A stretch of 64,000 bases of DNA from an uncultured delta proteobacterium (GCA_963796055.1 CAWCKH010000003.1:256001-320000); one strand, 5' to 3'; positions 10,157 through 21,978 are shown, counted from the stretch's first letter. The notes: generated from the letters alone by a model not told the origin. Numbers and translations: made by a program.

Positions 10157-12711
10157 CCTCCCGGCACCTCCCGCGGCGCGCCGGACGGCAGCCGCGCCGT
10201 CCGTTCCTGCCGCACCCGCTCCCGCCACAGCATCCAGCTGGGGAGGGCGACCATCGCCGCCGCGAGGCAGCATACCTCGCCCAGCACTGCGATCAGCCCC
10301 AGCGAGCGCACCGCCTGGTTCACCGAGCGAAGCAGCGCCAGGTATCCGAGGCTGGTGGTGAGGCTGTTGAGCACCACCGCGCCGCCGGTCGAGCGCATCG
10401 CGGGGATGACGCCGCCGCCGTTCAGGATCCGCTGCATCACGTTGACCGCGTAGTCCACCCCGATGCCGAAGGTGATGGGGATGGCGACGAAGTTGAAGAA
10501 GTTGATCTTGATGTGCCCCAGGTAGAGCAGGAGCGCCAGCCACAGCAGCCCCACGCCCAGCGAGCCCACCACCTCCAGCGACGCCCTGCCGCGTCCGAAG
10601 GCGAGGAAGACGGTGAGGGTGGTGAGCGACAGCGACACCGCCGCAGCCTTGGGAATGTCCTTCAGCACCGCGTCCAGGATGTCGGCGAAGATGACCGCCC
10701 GGCCGGACCCGCGGATGACGTCGCCGTTGGGCAGCCGGGTGAGCCGGAAGCTGTCCGCCCAGCGGAGCAGGTAGTGCAGATCGTTGTCGTCCTTGCCGTT
10801 GGTGGGGGTGATGAACACCAGCCGCCCGCGCGTGCCGTCCACCTCGGAGAAGGGACGGGCCAGGTCCTCCGGGAGGTCGGCGATGGTGTAGGGCTTGAGG
10901 TTCTCCGGCGGGAGCAGCTCCTTCAGCTCCTTCCAGTCCGCGTCGGAGATGGCGCCCTGGCGGCGGGCCTTGAGGAGCTTTCTCCGGATGTCCTCGAGCA
11001 GGGGAATCTTCGCCGCCTGGTCCGGAGGGACGAAATCCTGAAGGGCGTGAACACTTTCGAACGGCTTGAGGTCCGGAGGGGCCGAGTCCCGCCGTTCCTC
11101 CAGAGCCTTCTTCAGCTCGGGCACCTCCTCCGGACTATTGGCCAGCACCACCATCCCGCTCTCGGTGTTGTTGCCCAGGACCTCGGCGGCCTTGGCGGCG
11201 ACCCGGTACAGCTCCTTTCCGCCACCCAGGTCGTTCTGCATGTGCCGCATGTCGTAGTCGATGGGGTCGGAGCGGAGCCAGAGGACGAAGGCCACCGCAC
11301 CGGCCGCGGCGAGGACCAGCGACAGGACGGCCATGGCCCGCGGCGCCTTCGAGACCAGGAAGACGAAGGGCCGCTCGTAGGCGGACGGGCGCTGCCGCCA
11401 GCGTTGGAACCAGTTGCGGGACTTCCCGCTCCCGTGGATGGGCCAGCGCCTGTCTTGCAGGACCAGCACCGCCGGAGCGAGGAAGTACGTCGCCAGCCAG
11501 CAGAGCAGCATCCCCGAGGTGCCGATGAAGGCGAAGTGCTTGAACCCGTGGAACTGGGTGACCGCGAGGCTCCCGTAGGCGGCGGCGGCGGCCAGGGCGG
11601 CGGTGAGCGTGCCCACCCAGGTGGCGAGGTGCGCCTGCCGGATGGCTGTCTCGAGGTCCGACCCCCGCCGGCGCTCCTCGAGGAAGCGGGCCACGTAGAG
11701 CACGCCGAAGTTGATGCCATTTCCGGCGATGATCGACACCAGGAACCCGGTGATGACGTTGAGATGGCCGATGGCCAGCCGGGTGAGACCGAAGGTCAAG
11801 GTCAGCCCGGCGAACATGGTGACCGCCATCGGCACCAGAACCCGGAAGCGGCGGTAGTAGATGAAGATGACGCCGAGGATGGCCACCACCCCGGTGAGGC
11901 CCACGCTCACCAGGTCGTCCAGCACCGCTCCGTACTCGTACAGCCCGGTGACCAGGTCGCCGGCGTAGCCGATCTTGATGCCTCGGGCCGCGGCGTCGGG
12001 GAGCGTCTTCTGGACGGCCTCCTTCACCCTGGCCAGCGCCTGGCGCGCGCGCTCGAGGTCCCCGGTGGTGGGGATGCCGGTCCGCACCAGCACCACCAGC
12101 GTCTTGCCGTCCTTCGACTCGAAGTAGCCGTCGGGGTAGCGGTCCTTGGCTGCCTCGAGGGTGGCGGACTTGCCGCCCAGGAACTTTTGTTTGAGTTCGG
12201 CGAGGGTCGGAGCCTTCTGCTCCTCGTCGTCGTCCTCGAGGCCGAGCGACAGCGCCTTGCCCACGGCCTTCTTGCGCTGAGCGTCCAGCTCCTTGTCGAG
12301 CTTCTGCAGGTCCTCGACGCTGGCGAACAGGCCCGAGCGCGGGAGCAGGAATTCCCGGGCGGTCTGGACGCCGTCCTCGGCGCTGACCACCCAGGGCGGG
12401 CCGATGGCCCGGAGCGGACCGAGGAGGGCGTCACCGGCCTTCCGGAGGGTTTCCCGGTCGGGCCCCTCGAGGACGACGAAGATGCTGGAGCTACCGGCCG
12501 TCCGCTCGGTGAGCCGCTTGAGCTCCAGAACGGAGGGCTGGTCGTCCGGAAGCAGCTGGTCGAAGCGGGTCCGCAGCTCCAGGCCGCGGGCGAGCCAGGC
12601 CCCGGTGCCGGTCAGGACGAGGCCGATCAGCAGCACCTGCCAGGGCGCGCGCAGCTGCCAGGCCGCGAGCCGCAGGAGGATCCGCTCGATGACGCTCGTC
12701 TGCTGGGGCAA
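10153..12711 (-). CDS. MMPL/RND family exporter (HpnN-like)
   Basis: Two repeats of periplasmic domain plus TM bundle; IIAGNGINFG..RFLEERR and PITFGIGVDYAVN..R; TTG start after GGAGGAG. Confidence 0.85.
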   Translation of the reverse strand: MPQQTSVIERILLRLAAWQLRAPWQVLLIGLVLTGTGAWLARGLELRTRFDQLLPDDQPSVLELKRLTERTAGSSSIFVVLEGPDRETLRKAGDALLGPLRAIGPPWVVSAEDGVQTAREFLLPRSGLFASVEDLQKLDKELDAQRKKAVGKALSLGLEDDDEEQKAPTLAELKQKFLGGKSATLEAAKDRYPDGYFESKDGKTLVVLVRTGIPTTGDLERARQALARVKEAVQKTLPDAAARGIKIGYAGDLVTGLYEYGAVLDDLVSVGLTGVVAILGVIFIYYRRFRVLVPMAVTMFAGLTLTFGLTRLAIGHLNVITGFLVSIIAGNGINFGVLYVARFLEERRRGSDLETAIRQAHLATWVGTLTAALAAAAAYGSLAVTQFHGFKHFAFIGTSGMLLCWLATYFLAPAVLVLQDRRWPIHGSGKSRNWFQRWRQRPSAYERPFVFLVSKAPRAMAVLSLVLAAAGAVAFVLWLRSDPIDYDMRHMQNDLGGGKELYRVAAKAAEVLGNNTESGMVVLANSPEEVPELKKALEERRDSAPPDLKPFESVHALQDFVPPDQAAKIPLLEDIRRKLLKARRQGAISDADWKELKELLPPENLKPYTIADLPEDLARPFSEVDGTRGRLVFITPTNGKDDNDLHYLLRWADSFRLTRLPNGDVIRGSGRAVIFADILDAVLKDIPKAAAVSLSLTTLTVFLAFGRGRASLEVVGSLGVGLLWLALLLYLGHIKINFFNFVAIPITFGIGVDYAVNVMQRILNGGGVIPAMRSTGGAVVLNSLTTSLGYLALLRSVNQAVRSLGLIAVLGEVCCLAAAMVALPSWMLWRERVRQERTARLPSGAPREVPGG

Positions 12712-12827
12712 TGCGCGAGCTCTCCTCCCGGGCGGGCACCCCACCGGCCGGGGGTGTCACGCCGACGGGCCAGGGTGCGCCACATAACCTGCGGCAACCC
12801 GGTTGACCAGCTTCGGCCGCAGCCGGC

Positions 12828-13747
<920 letters not shown>

Positions 13748-13751
<4 letters not shown>

Positions 13752-14359
13752 GGACGGCGACTCCTTCTAGGGTTGGATGCTGCCGCTCGGTGGCCGAGGA
13801 TCCACTCGGCGAAGTCTCGAAAGGCTCCGTGCCCACCCGGGACGGAGCAGATGTGGTTAACGAGTGCCAGCACGCTCGGCAAGGCGTCCGACGGGGCGGC
13901 GGTCAGCCCCTCGCGCGACAGGATCGTGAGCACCTCGACGTCGTTCACGTCGTCCCCGATGAAGCCCACCTCGGAGAGGGCGAGCCCCTCCTGCCGGCAG
14001 AGCGCCAGGACGGCCCCCGCCTTGTCCTTCACCCCCAGCAGCACGTGTCGCAACCCGAGCTTCTCGCCCCGACGGACGACGGCGGGCGAGCGCTCGCCGG
14101 TGACGATGCCGGTCTCGATGCCCGCGTTCCGGAGCCGCTCCACGCCCATCCCGTCGCGGATGCTGAAGCGCTTCAGCTCCTCGCCGCGCTCGGAGTAGTA
14201 CACGCCTGTATCGGTGAGCACGCCGTCGCTGTCGGTCAGCACCAGGCGGAGCCGCTCCGCCCGCAGTGCCAGCTCCGAGGGCCCGAGCGCCGGCTTCTGC
14301 ACCCGGGTCACCCGGGCGGCGGGGTCCACCCGGCGGGCAGTGCGCACCCGCTTCACCAC
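13748..14359 (-). CDS. KdsC/YrbI-family HAD phosphatase (KDO-8-P/KDN-9-P phosphatase-like)
   Basis: DSDGVLTD, KRFSIRDGMG, IVTGERS, FIGDDVND, GGHGAFRDFAE. Confidence 0.9.
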
Positions 14360-15174
14360 GCGGTGAAGCCTCCGTCCACCACCAGAGCCGCACCGGTCAT
14401 GTAGCGGCTGGCATCGCTGGCGAGGAACACCACCGCGCCCCGGTAGTCGTCGGGGCGCGCCATCCGGCCCAGCGGGGTGCGGCGGGCGTAGGCCTCGACG
14501 AACCAGGCGTCCTGGCCGGCCTCGACGCCGCCCGGGCAGAGCGCGTTCACCCGTACGCCGGCCGCCCCCCAGTAGGCGGCGAGGAACCGGGTGAAGGCCA
14601 GCACCGCGCCCTTGGTGGTGGGGTACGCGGCCGTCTTCCAGAAGGCCTGCGTCCCGTCGGGTTTCCGGTAGAGCGACTGGTCGGGCGCGACCAGCCCGTA
14701 GGTGGACGAGACGTTGACGATGCTCCCCTGCCCCGCCCTGGCCATCTCGCTCCCCAGCACCTGAGCGCAGAGGAAGGTTCCGGTGACGTTCACCTCGAGC
14801 GACTGGCGAAACAGCGCCACCGGGTAGCCCTCGAAGCGGGATTGCTCCGCCGCCTTGGCCGGGTCCTCGAACTTGTCGTTGATCGCCGCGTTGTTCACCA
14901 GCACGTCGATCCGGCCCGCGGCGGCGAGCACCTGGTCGCGGAGCGCCTGGACCGAGGTCTCGGAGGTGATGTCGGCGCCGATGCCCAGCGCGCCACGGCC
15001 GAACTCCGCCGCCACCCGCGCACAGGCCGCACCGTCGATGTCGGTGAGCACCACCCGGGCACCCGCATCGGCCAGGGCGCGGCAGTGCTCGCGGCCGAGC
15101 AGGCCCAGGGCGCCGGTGACCACCGCCACCTTCCCCTCCAGCGGGCGCTCGCCCGACGCTGTCTTCGGATCCAT
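14353..15174 (-). CDS. SDR family oxidoreductase
   Basis: VTGALGLLG, LVNNAA, NVSSTYG, YPTTK (YxxxK), VRVNALCPGG. Confidence 0.92.
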   Translation of the reverse strand: MDPKTASGERPLEGKVAVVTGALGLLGREHCRALADAGARVVLTDIDGAACARVAAEFGRGALGIGADITSETSVQALRDQVLAAAGRIDVLVNNAAINDKFEDPAKAAEQSRFEGYPVALFRQSLEVNVTGTFLCAQVLGSEMARAGQGSIVNVSSTYGLVAPDQSLYRKPDGTQAFWKTAAYPTTKGAVLAFTRFLAAYWGAAGVRVNALCPGGVEAGQDAWFVEAYARRTPLGRMARPDDYRGAVVFLASDASRYMTGAALVVDGGFTAW

Positions 15175-15330
15175 CGCGCTCAACGTTGTGTTCCCCGGGG
15201 GCCCGGCCTGCAAGTCCCCGAAGACACAGAGGTCTTCAGCCGGACCACCTCCGGAACGGGCACGTCTACCACGGATTCGGCCAAACGCCTCTCAGGATGC
15301 CTGCCGCACCTCGGGCGCGGGCGCTCCGCC

Positions 15331-16443
15331 TCATCGGCCCCGGTCCTCCCGTCCGGCCCGGGTGGCGAGGAGGAGGACCCAGCCCACCGCGATCCAGAAC
15401 ACCTCCTTGAACCGCTTCAGCAGAACGAACGCCGCTGCCCGGTTCACGGCGTCGGGGATACCGGCCTGGCGCAGGAAGGCCATGTACCCGGCGTCCTGCA
15501 CTCCCAGCCCGGCGGGGATGAAGAACGCCGCGCTCCGGGCGAACGAGACCACCGGCTCGAAGGCGAGCACCGCCTGGAAAGAGAGGTCGACTCCGAGCAG
15601 CCGCAGCAGCACCCAGCTCTCGCCGGCCTCGGCGAACCATCCGGCGAGAATCCACAAGAAGGCCACCACCAGCCCCCGGGCATGCGACCGGAGGACCATG
15701 CGCACGTGCTGGTCGGTGTCCATGAAGGCCACCTCGCGGGCGATCATCCACTTCTGGATCCGCGCCACCGGCACCCGGCGGAGCAGCTTCCACAGCCGCT
15801 CGGCGACCCGGCCGGAGACGAGCACCGCCACCATTCCCGCCGACACGAGCGTGCTGAGGATGCCCAGCCCGAACAGCAGCGGGCGAAGCACTGGGCCCTC
15901 GGGGGCCAACGCCCCGGTGACCACCGCCGCGGTGAGGAGGTACACGCCCTGGGTGCCAACCTGCAGCGCCTTCTTGACCGCCAGGCTTGCCGCGCCCTCG
16001 GCGACCTCCACCCCGAACCGCCGCGAAAGGAACCAGACCTTCAGGCCCTCGGCCAGGATCGGCCCACCGGGGAAGCTGAGCTGCACTGCCTCGGTGGACA
16101 GCCGGAGCCCGAGCAGTCGCCAGGTCGCCACCCGTGCCTCGAGGCCGCGGAGGATGGCGGCCCATCCGGCGGTGTCGAGGGTCACCGCCACGCCGTAGGG
16201 CACCACGGCGAGGAGCACCAGCGGCCCGACCTCGGCGAGCAGGCGCGCAACGTTGCGCAGGTCAGCCATCCACAGCACGCGGACGAAGAGCCCCGCCGAG
16301 ACGAGGAGCACCAGCAGGCGCAGGACGCGCTTCCAGGGGCCCGGCCTGGGCGGGACGAGCGCCGGGTCGATGGGCGGAAGGACGCTGGTCGCTGCCGCGG
16401 GCTTCGGGGTCTCGGCCGGGGGCGAGCCTTTGTCGAGACTCAC
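15331..16443 (-). CDS. Flippase-like membrane protein (lysylphosphatidylglycerol synthase TM/UPF0104-like)
   Basis: About 8 TM segments, PGGPILAE..KV, FFIPAGLGVQD, LLKRFKEVFW; GTG overlaps the upstream stop. Confidence 0.8.
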   Translation of the reverse strand: MSLDKGSPPAETPKPAAATSVLPPIDPALVPPRPGPWKRVLRLLVLLVSAGLFVRVLWMADLRNVARLLAEVGPLVLLAVVPYGVAVTLDTAGWAAILRGLEARVATWRLLGLRLSTEAVQLSFPGGPILAEGLKVWFLSRRFGVEVAEGAASLAVKKALQVGTQGVYLLTAAVVTGALAPEGPVLRPLLFGLGILSTLVSAGMVAVLVSGRVAERLWKLLRRVPVARIQKWMIAREVAFMDTDQHVRMVLRSHARGLVVAFLWILAGWFAEAGESWVLLRLLGVDLSFQAVLAFEPVVSFARSAAFFIPAGLGVQDAGYMAFLRQAGIPDAVNRAAAFVLLKRFKEVFWIAVGWVLLLATRAGREDRGR

Positions 16444-17318
16444 ACCGCCCACCGCGGCACGCGAGACAGGAGCCCCGGCGCGTCCACCTGGCGGGCGAAG
16501 AGCTCGAACGGCTCCCGGGGGATGCCGAGGTGCTCCAGCGCCGCCAGGGAGGTGTCCACCGGGGCGTCCGTGCGCAGGGTGGCGAGCGTCCGGTAGAGGA
16601 GCACATCCGCCCGCCGCTCGGCGAGCGTCCGCGCCAGCGTGTCGCGCGAGCGCACCGCCTCGGGCCAGGTGCGCGGGTCCGGGGGGATCGCCTCGAGGTG
16701 GCGGAACGCAGCGAGCACCGCCGCGGCGCCCTTCTCGCCGAACCCGGGCAGCCCCGGGATGCCGTCGGCGGTGTCTCCGACGAGGGCCAGCCAGTCCGGG
16801 ATGCTCTCGGGCCCGATGCCTCGAAGCGTCCGGAGCGCCGGCTCGTCGATGACCTTGCCACGCATGCGGTCCACCTGGACCACCTGGTTCCCCCGGAGGC
16901 ACTGCCCCAGGTCCTTGTCCGGGGTCAGGATGCGCACCTGCTCGACCTGCGGACAGAAGCGGGCAGCGCCGGTAGCCAGGGCATCGTCGGCCTCGAACTC
17001 CTGCATCGACCAGACGGTGATGCCGAGGGCGCGGGTCGCCAGCTCGGCGACGTCGAACTGCGCCAGCAGCTCCTCCGGGACGCCAGCCTCCGTCTTGTAT
17101 CCGGCGAAGAGGTCATTGCGGAACGAACGGATGGGATTGTCGAACGCCACCGCCAGGTGGGTGGGCCGCTCGGCGGGGTCGGCGAGCAGCGCCAGCAGCG
17201 ACGAGACCAGCCCCACCGTCGCCTTGAGGGCCGTGCCGTCAGGCGCCCGGTGAGGGGGCCGCCGGGAGAAGTGCGCCCGGAACAGCTCGTAGGTGCCGTC
17301 GACGAGGTGGAGCCGCAT
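16440..17318 (-). CDS. Stand-alone 5'-3' exonuclease/flap endonuclease
   Basis: LVDGTYELFRAH, FRNDLFAGYK, EFEADDALAT, TPDKDL, H3TH motif LVGDTADGIPGLPGFGEKGA. Confidence 0.92.
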   Translation of the reverse strand: MRLHLVDGTYELFRAHFSRRPPHRAPDGTALKATVGLVSSLLALLADPAERPTHLAVAFDNPIRSFRNDLFAGYKTEAGVPEELLAQFDVAELATRALGITVWSMQEFEADDALATGAARFCPQVEQVRILTPDKDLGQCLRGNQVVQVDRMRGKVIDEPALRTLRGIGPESIPDWLALVGDTADGIPGLPGFGEKGAAAVLAAFRHLEAIPPDPRTWPEAVRSRDTLARTLAERRADVLLYRTLATLRTDAPVDTSLAALEHLGIPREPFELFARQVDAPGLLSRVPRWAV

Positions 17319-18045
17319 GTTCGCCTCGACAGCGTACCCCTCCCGGGGACGATGACGCCGCCGCGACCAAGGGGGCCATCCAACCGCCGTAACGAAGGGC
17401 GCGCTCCTGCGACTGTCGTTGGGACGAGCGCTGGAAGCCACTCGCGGCGTGACCCGCGGCCCCGAAGGGTCGGGGCCGCCGTCGAGTCGCTCGGCGCGTG
17501 CTGCAGGGGCCCGGACGTCAGGCGACGCCCGGTGTGACTAGGGCCTGTCCTTGGAGATCGGGTTGTCGAAGTCCCTGGGCGTCTGCGCCAGGTGGAAATT
17601 CAGGACCTTGATGTCCGACTTTAGCTTCGCGACCTGTGCTTCCAGGCCTTCACCTGCTCGCCCTGCATGCCCTTGACCGACGACATGACCGTGGCCGCAT
17701 CCGCGTCATCATCGCCGCCTTGGCCTTCTCCATCTTGTCTTTCCAACGAGGGCAGAGCACGGCTCCGTGGCATCCGGGTGACACGCCGCAGCGCGACACC
17801 GGGCTCACCCGATCGACGGGAACCCGAAGAGCGCCCGGCATGGAGCACGGGCCAGGCCGAACACCCGGAAACGTTCGGGGGTCAACGGACGCAGAGCAAC
17901 CGAGATCCCCGGGCCCTCGCGCACCAGCGTTGCCAGAGACGCCACGTCTTGCACTCGTGGCGGATGTCCAGCGGGTGGCCCCTGTCCCGCGCCCGCGTCG
18001 AGCAGGCTGGTCCTCCCCCCGGTTCCTCGGCGCCGGCCCGCACCG

Positions 18046-20166
18046 CTAGACGGCGCGGAGCGGGATGCGGAGGAGCGGCTCGAGCACGGCGAGCTGTGCA
18101 TCGCGCACCGGTTCCCCGGGAGCCGGCTGGCGCCGAACGTAGGTCCCGTCCGGCTGGAGGTCACGGGCCCGGGTGTTGTCGGTCAGCGACGGCTCGATGA
18201 CCTCGCGGTGGATGCGCCCGCGCAGGTCCCGGTCCTCCACCGGGAACATCAGCTCCACCCGGCGGTAGAGGTTGCGCGGCATCCAGTCCGCCGAGGAGAG
18301 AAAGACCTGCTCGTGCTCTCCGGTCCCGAAGACGAAGACCCGCGAGTGCTCGAGGAAGCGCCCCACCACGCTGAACACCCGGATGTTCTCCGAGACGCCC
18401 GGGAGCCCGGGGCGGAGGCAGCAGATTCCGCGGATGCAGAGGTCCACGTGACAACCCGCCTGGCTCGCCTGGTAGAGGGCGTCGATGACCGCCAGGTCCA
18501 CCAGCGCGTTCATCTTGGCGTAGATGCGCGCCGGCTTCCCCGCCCGGGCGAGCTCGGTCTGCTCGGTGATCCTCCGCAGCACGGTGTCGGCGAGCGTGAC
18601 CGGAGCCACCGCCAGCTTGCGGTAGTGCGCCACCTTGGCAAACCCGGACAGAGCGTTGAAGACCTCCGAGACGTCCTCGCCCAGACCCTGATCGGCGCTG
18701 AACATCCCCACGTCGGTGTACAGCCGGGAGGTGCTGACGTTGTAGTTGCCGGTGGAGAGGTGGACGTAGCGGCGGATCTGCCCCTCCTCGCGGCGCACCA
18801 CCAGGATGACCTTGGCGTGCGTCTTGAGGCCCACCGAGCCGTAGAAGACGTGCACCCCGGCGTGCTCCAGCTGCCGGGCCCAGACGATGTTGTTCTGCTC
18901 GTCGAAGCGCGCCTTCAGCTCGATGGCCACCGCCACCTGCTTGCCGTTCTCGGCGGCGGCGATGAGCGCCTTGACGATCTCCGAGTTCGAGCCGGTGCGG
19001 TACAGCGTCATCTTGATCGCCAGCACCGCCGGGTCCTCGGCGGCGCGGCGAAGGAAGTGGAGCACCGGCTGAAACGAATCGTACGGATGGTGGAGGAGGA
19101 TGTCGCCCTGCCGCACCACCGCGAACGGGTCCTCCGCCTCGGCCAGCGCGTGGTTCAGCGTCTGGACGAACGGGACGTCGTGCAAGTCCGCGCGAGGCAG
19201 CATCGCCACTGCCATCAGCGCCGAGGCCCCCAGCACCCCGGACTCCTCGTAGAGATCGTCCTCCTCGATCTCCAGCTTGGAGAGGAGGAACTCGCGGATC
19301 CGCGCCGGCGTGTCGGGGTGCACCTCCAGCCGCACCACGGCGCCGAACTTCCGCCGGCGGATCTCCCGGTCGATGGTGACCAGGAGATCGTGCGCCTCCT
19401 CCTCCATGATCTCCATGTCCATGTCCCGGGTGATCCGGAACGGGTGGACCCCGAGGATCTGCATCCCCGGGAAGAGCTGGTCGAGGTTGGCGGCGATGAG
19501 CCCCTCGAGGGGGAGGAACTCCCCGGGGTGCGCGTCGTCGGGCGACTCGCTGAACCGCTCCAGGGGCACGAAGCGGGGGAGGATCTCCGGGACCTTCACC
19601 CGGGCGAACCGGCGCTCCCCGCTCTCCGGATCCGCCGCCTCCACCGCCAGCGACAGCGAGAGGTTGGAGATGAACGGGAACGGGTGCCCCGGGTCCACCG
19701 CCAGCGGGGTGAGGACCGGGAAGACCGACTCGCGGAAGTAGGCCTTGGCCCGCTCCTGGGCCGCCTTGCCCAGCGACTTCCAGTCGCGGATCCGGATGCC
19801 ATGCTCGGCGAGCGCCGGCAGGAGCTGCCGCTCCAGGAGATCGGTGGCGTCCTTCAGCAGCCTGCGCACCACTTCCCGGATACGGGCCAGCTGCTGCCGC
19901 GGGGTGAGCCCGTCGGGGCTGCGCTCGGCCTCGGCCTGCTCGAGCTGTTCGTGCAGTCCCGAGACCCGGATCATGAAGAACTCGTCCAGGTTGGAGAAGG
20001 TGATGGCCAGGAACTTCAGCCGCTCCAGCAGCGGCCAGTGCTGATCGGCCGCCTCCTCGAGCACCCGCTGGTTGAACGCCAGCCAGGACAGCTCGCGGTT
20101 GAAGTAGAGCGAGGGCTCCTTGGGCGTGGGACGGGCGGCGGAGGTGCTCGGTTGGGGGCGGGTCAT
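18046..20166 (-). CDS. ppk1: Polyphosphate kinase 1
   Basis: YFNRELSWLAFN, NLDEFFMIRV, LHHPYDSF, ELKARFDE, HLSTGNYN, GRFLEHSR. Confidence 0.96.
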   Translation of the reverse strand: MTRPQPSTSAARPTPKEPSLYFNRELSWLAFNQRVLEEAADQHWPLLERLKFLAITFSNLDEFFMIRVSGLHEQLEQAEAERSPDGLTPRQQLARIREVVRRLLKDATDLLERQLLPALAEHGIRIRDWKSLGKAAQERAKAYFRESVFPVLTPLAVDPGHPFPFISNLSLSLAVEAADPESGERRFARVKVPEILPRFVPLERFSESPDDAHPGEFLPLEGLIAANLDQLFPGMQILGVHPFRITRDMDMEIMEEEAHDLLVTIDREIRRRKFGAVVRLEVHPDTPARIREFLLSKLEIEEDDLYEESGVLGASALMAVAMLPRADLHDVPFVQTLNHALAEAEDPFAVVRQGDILLHHPYDSFQPVLHFLRRAAEDPAVLAIKMTLYRTGSNSEIVKALIAAAENGKQVAVAIELKARFDEQNNIVWARQLEHAGVHVFYGSVGLKTHAKVILVVRREEGQIRRYVHLSTGNYNVSTSRLYTDVGMFSADQGLGEDVSEVFNALSGFAKVAHYRKLAVAPVTLADTVLRRITEQTELARAGKPARIYAKMNALVDLAVIDALYQASQAGCHVDLCIRGICCLRPGLPGVSENIRVFSVVGRFLEHSRVFVFGTGEHEQVFLSSADWMPRNLYRRVELMFPVEDRDLRGRIHREVIEPSLTDNTRARDLQPDGTYVRRQPAPGEPVRDAQLAVLEPLLRIPLRAV

Positions 20167-20271
20167 CGGCTCGTCGTCTTTTCCACCGACCTGCTTGCCT
20201 GGCAACAGTGACAATCCCGCGGCGCCGCGCTTCCAGTAGGCTCGGAATTCGTCAGATGCGGGGGTTCTGCT

Positions 20272-20466
20272 TGGAGCCCGACGGTGTTCCGGGTGGAGGC
20301 AAATCTCCTCGCGGCCGTCGGTCGGTGCGAGGAGGCGCTGGACGCCGCCCAGCGCGCGCTGAACGTGCTTCCTCACCGCGCCCCACTGGAGCTCGTCGCG
20401 GCAGTCCACCGCGACCAGGCGCTCATCGGCAGCAGCTGCTCCCGGGGGACGGCGCCGGTCCGGTAG
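20272..20466 (+). pseudogene. C-terminal remnant of a paralog of the 20485-21945 gene
   Basis: WSPTVFRVEANLLAAVGRCEEALDAAQRALNVLP aligns with WNPGVFVARAAVLAPLGHCAEAVDAVQRALDVLP of the next gene. Confidence 0.75.
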
Positions 20467-20484
20467 CGTCACCCGCCACCCCGG

Positions 20485-21945
20485 ATGCGCCCGTTCCTCC
20501 TCGCAGCCCTCCTGGCCCTCGGGTGCGCGCACCGCCCACGCTCGCCGCCGCTCGACGGCTGGCGCGAGCTCCGCTCCCCGCACTTCCGCCTTCGCACGGA
20601 CCTGCCCGCCGCCGACGCGCGGACCACCATCGAGCGGCTGGAGACGCTCCGGGCCGCGCTCCAGTCGGTGTGGTCCGACGCCGACGCGGCGGACGCCCCC
20701 GGCACCACGCTGGCCATCGTCCTCCGCGACCGGGCAGAGCTGCGGACCTTCACCGAGTGGAGCGGGCTCGCCACCGTCACCCGGCGCGGTCCGCTGCTGA
20801 TCGCCTCGGGTCCGGACGTGGCCTTCGGTGACCTCTCGCCCCACCAGGCGCTCCTCGCGCACGAGGTGGCTCACGGGCTCAACCGGTGGTGGATGCCGGG
20901 GACGCCCCGCTGGTTCGACGAGGGTCTGGCGGCGTACCTCGAATCGGCCGAGCTCATCGATGCCGGGCGGGTCCGGCTCGGGGCCCTGCCGCGCGAGGAC
21001 CTCGAGCAGGCGCGCACCCGGCCACTGCTCCCGCTCGACACGGTGGTGGCGACCGCCTGGGAGATGGCGAGCCCCGGCGAGCTGCTCGAGGTCTACCGCT
21101 CGGCCCGGTTGTGGGTGCACGCCCTGCGCGCCCAGGAGCCCGGGCGCATGCGGACCCTCGAGGCGGCCGTTCACCGTGGCGTGCCCTGGCGGGTAGCCTG
21201 GTCGGACCTCCGCCAGGGCCTGGACACTGCGCCGCTGGAGGACGGGCTCCGGCGCGGGCTGCACGCCGGCGAGCTCCCCACCGAGCTCCGGCGGTTCCCC
21301 GTCCCCCCGTCGGGGGCGAACGAGCGCCCGCTCGCCCCGTGGGAGGTGCACCTCACCCGCGCGGAGCTGTGGGCCGGCGGGGCGACCTCGTTCGATCCCG
21401 AGGAGCGCGACCCCCGGGTTCGCGCCGAGCTCGAGGCCGCGGCCCGGTCCGCACCGGACGAGCCCCTCCCCCGGGTCCTCCTTGCCGAGTTCGAGACCGA
21501 TCCGGACCGCCGGCGTGCGCAGGCGGAGGCGCTGCACCGGGCGTATCCGCGGAGCCCCGACGCGGCGGTGCTGCTCGCCCGGGTCCTCCGCGACGAGGGA
21601 GGCCCGGTCGAGGGACGCCGGACCGCGATGCTCGATGCCGTGGCGCTTGCGCCGGACGACGTGGACGCGCTGACCGCGCACGCGCTGGAGGAGGCCCGGG
21701 TCGGCGAGCTCGCCCGGGCCTTCCAGAGCCTCCGCCGGGCCGAGGCGCTCGCTCCCTGGAACCCGGGCGTGTTCGTCGCCCGTGCCGCCGTCCTCGCCCC
21801 GCTCGGTCACTGTGCCGAGGCGGTGGACGCCGTACAGCGCGCCCTCGACGTGCTCCCCGACGCGGTCTCGCCCGTGGAGGTCGCGAGGCTGGTCGGGGAG
21901 CGCGCCCGGATCCGGGCGAGCTGCCGTTCGACGCAGGCCCCTTGA
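20485..21945 (+). CDS. Lipoprotein with HExxH gluzincin-like (DUF1570-like) domain and TPR-like C-terminus
   Basis: Lipobox ALGC, WRELRSPHF, LAHEVAH..PRWFDEGLAAY; helical TPR-like tail. Confidence 0.75.
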   Translation: MRPFLLAALLALGCAHRPRSPPLDGWRELRSPHFRLRTDLPAADARTTIERLETLRAALQSVWSDADAADAPGTTLAIVLRDRAELRTFTEWSGLATVTRRGPLLIASGPDVAFGDLSPHQALLAHEVAHGLNRWWMPGTPRWFDEGLAAYLESAELIDAGRVRLGALPREDLEQARTRPLLPLDTVVATAWEMASPGELLEVYRSARLWVHALRAQEPGRMRTLEAAVHRGVPWRVAWSDLRQGLDTAPLEDGLRRGLHAGELPTELRRFPVPPSGANERPLAPWEVHLTRAELWAGGATSFDPEERDPRVRAELEAAARSAPDEPLPRVLLAEFETDPDRRRAQAEALHRAYPRSPDAAVLLARVLRDEGGPVEGRRTAMLDAVALAPDDVDALTAHALEEARVGELARAFQSLRRAEALAPWNPGVFVARAAVLAPLGHCAEAVDAVQRALDVLPDAVSPVEVARLVGERARIRASCRSTQAP

Positions 21946-21978
21946 GCGCGGGGGGTGTAGAGTGCCCGGAGGCAACCG

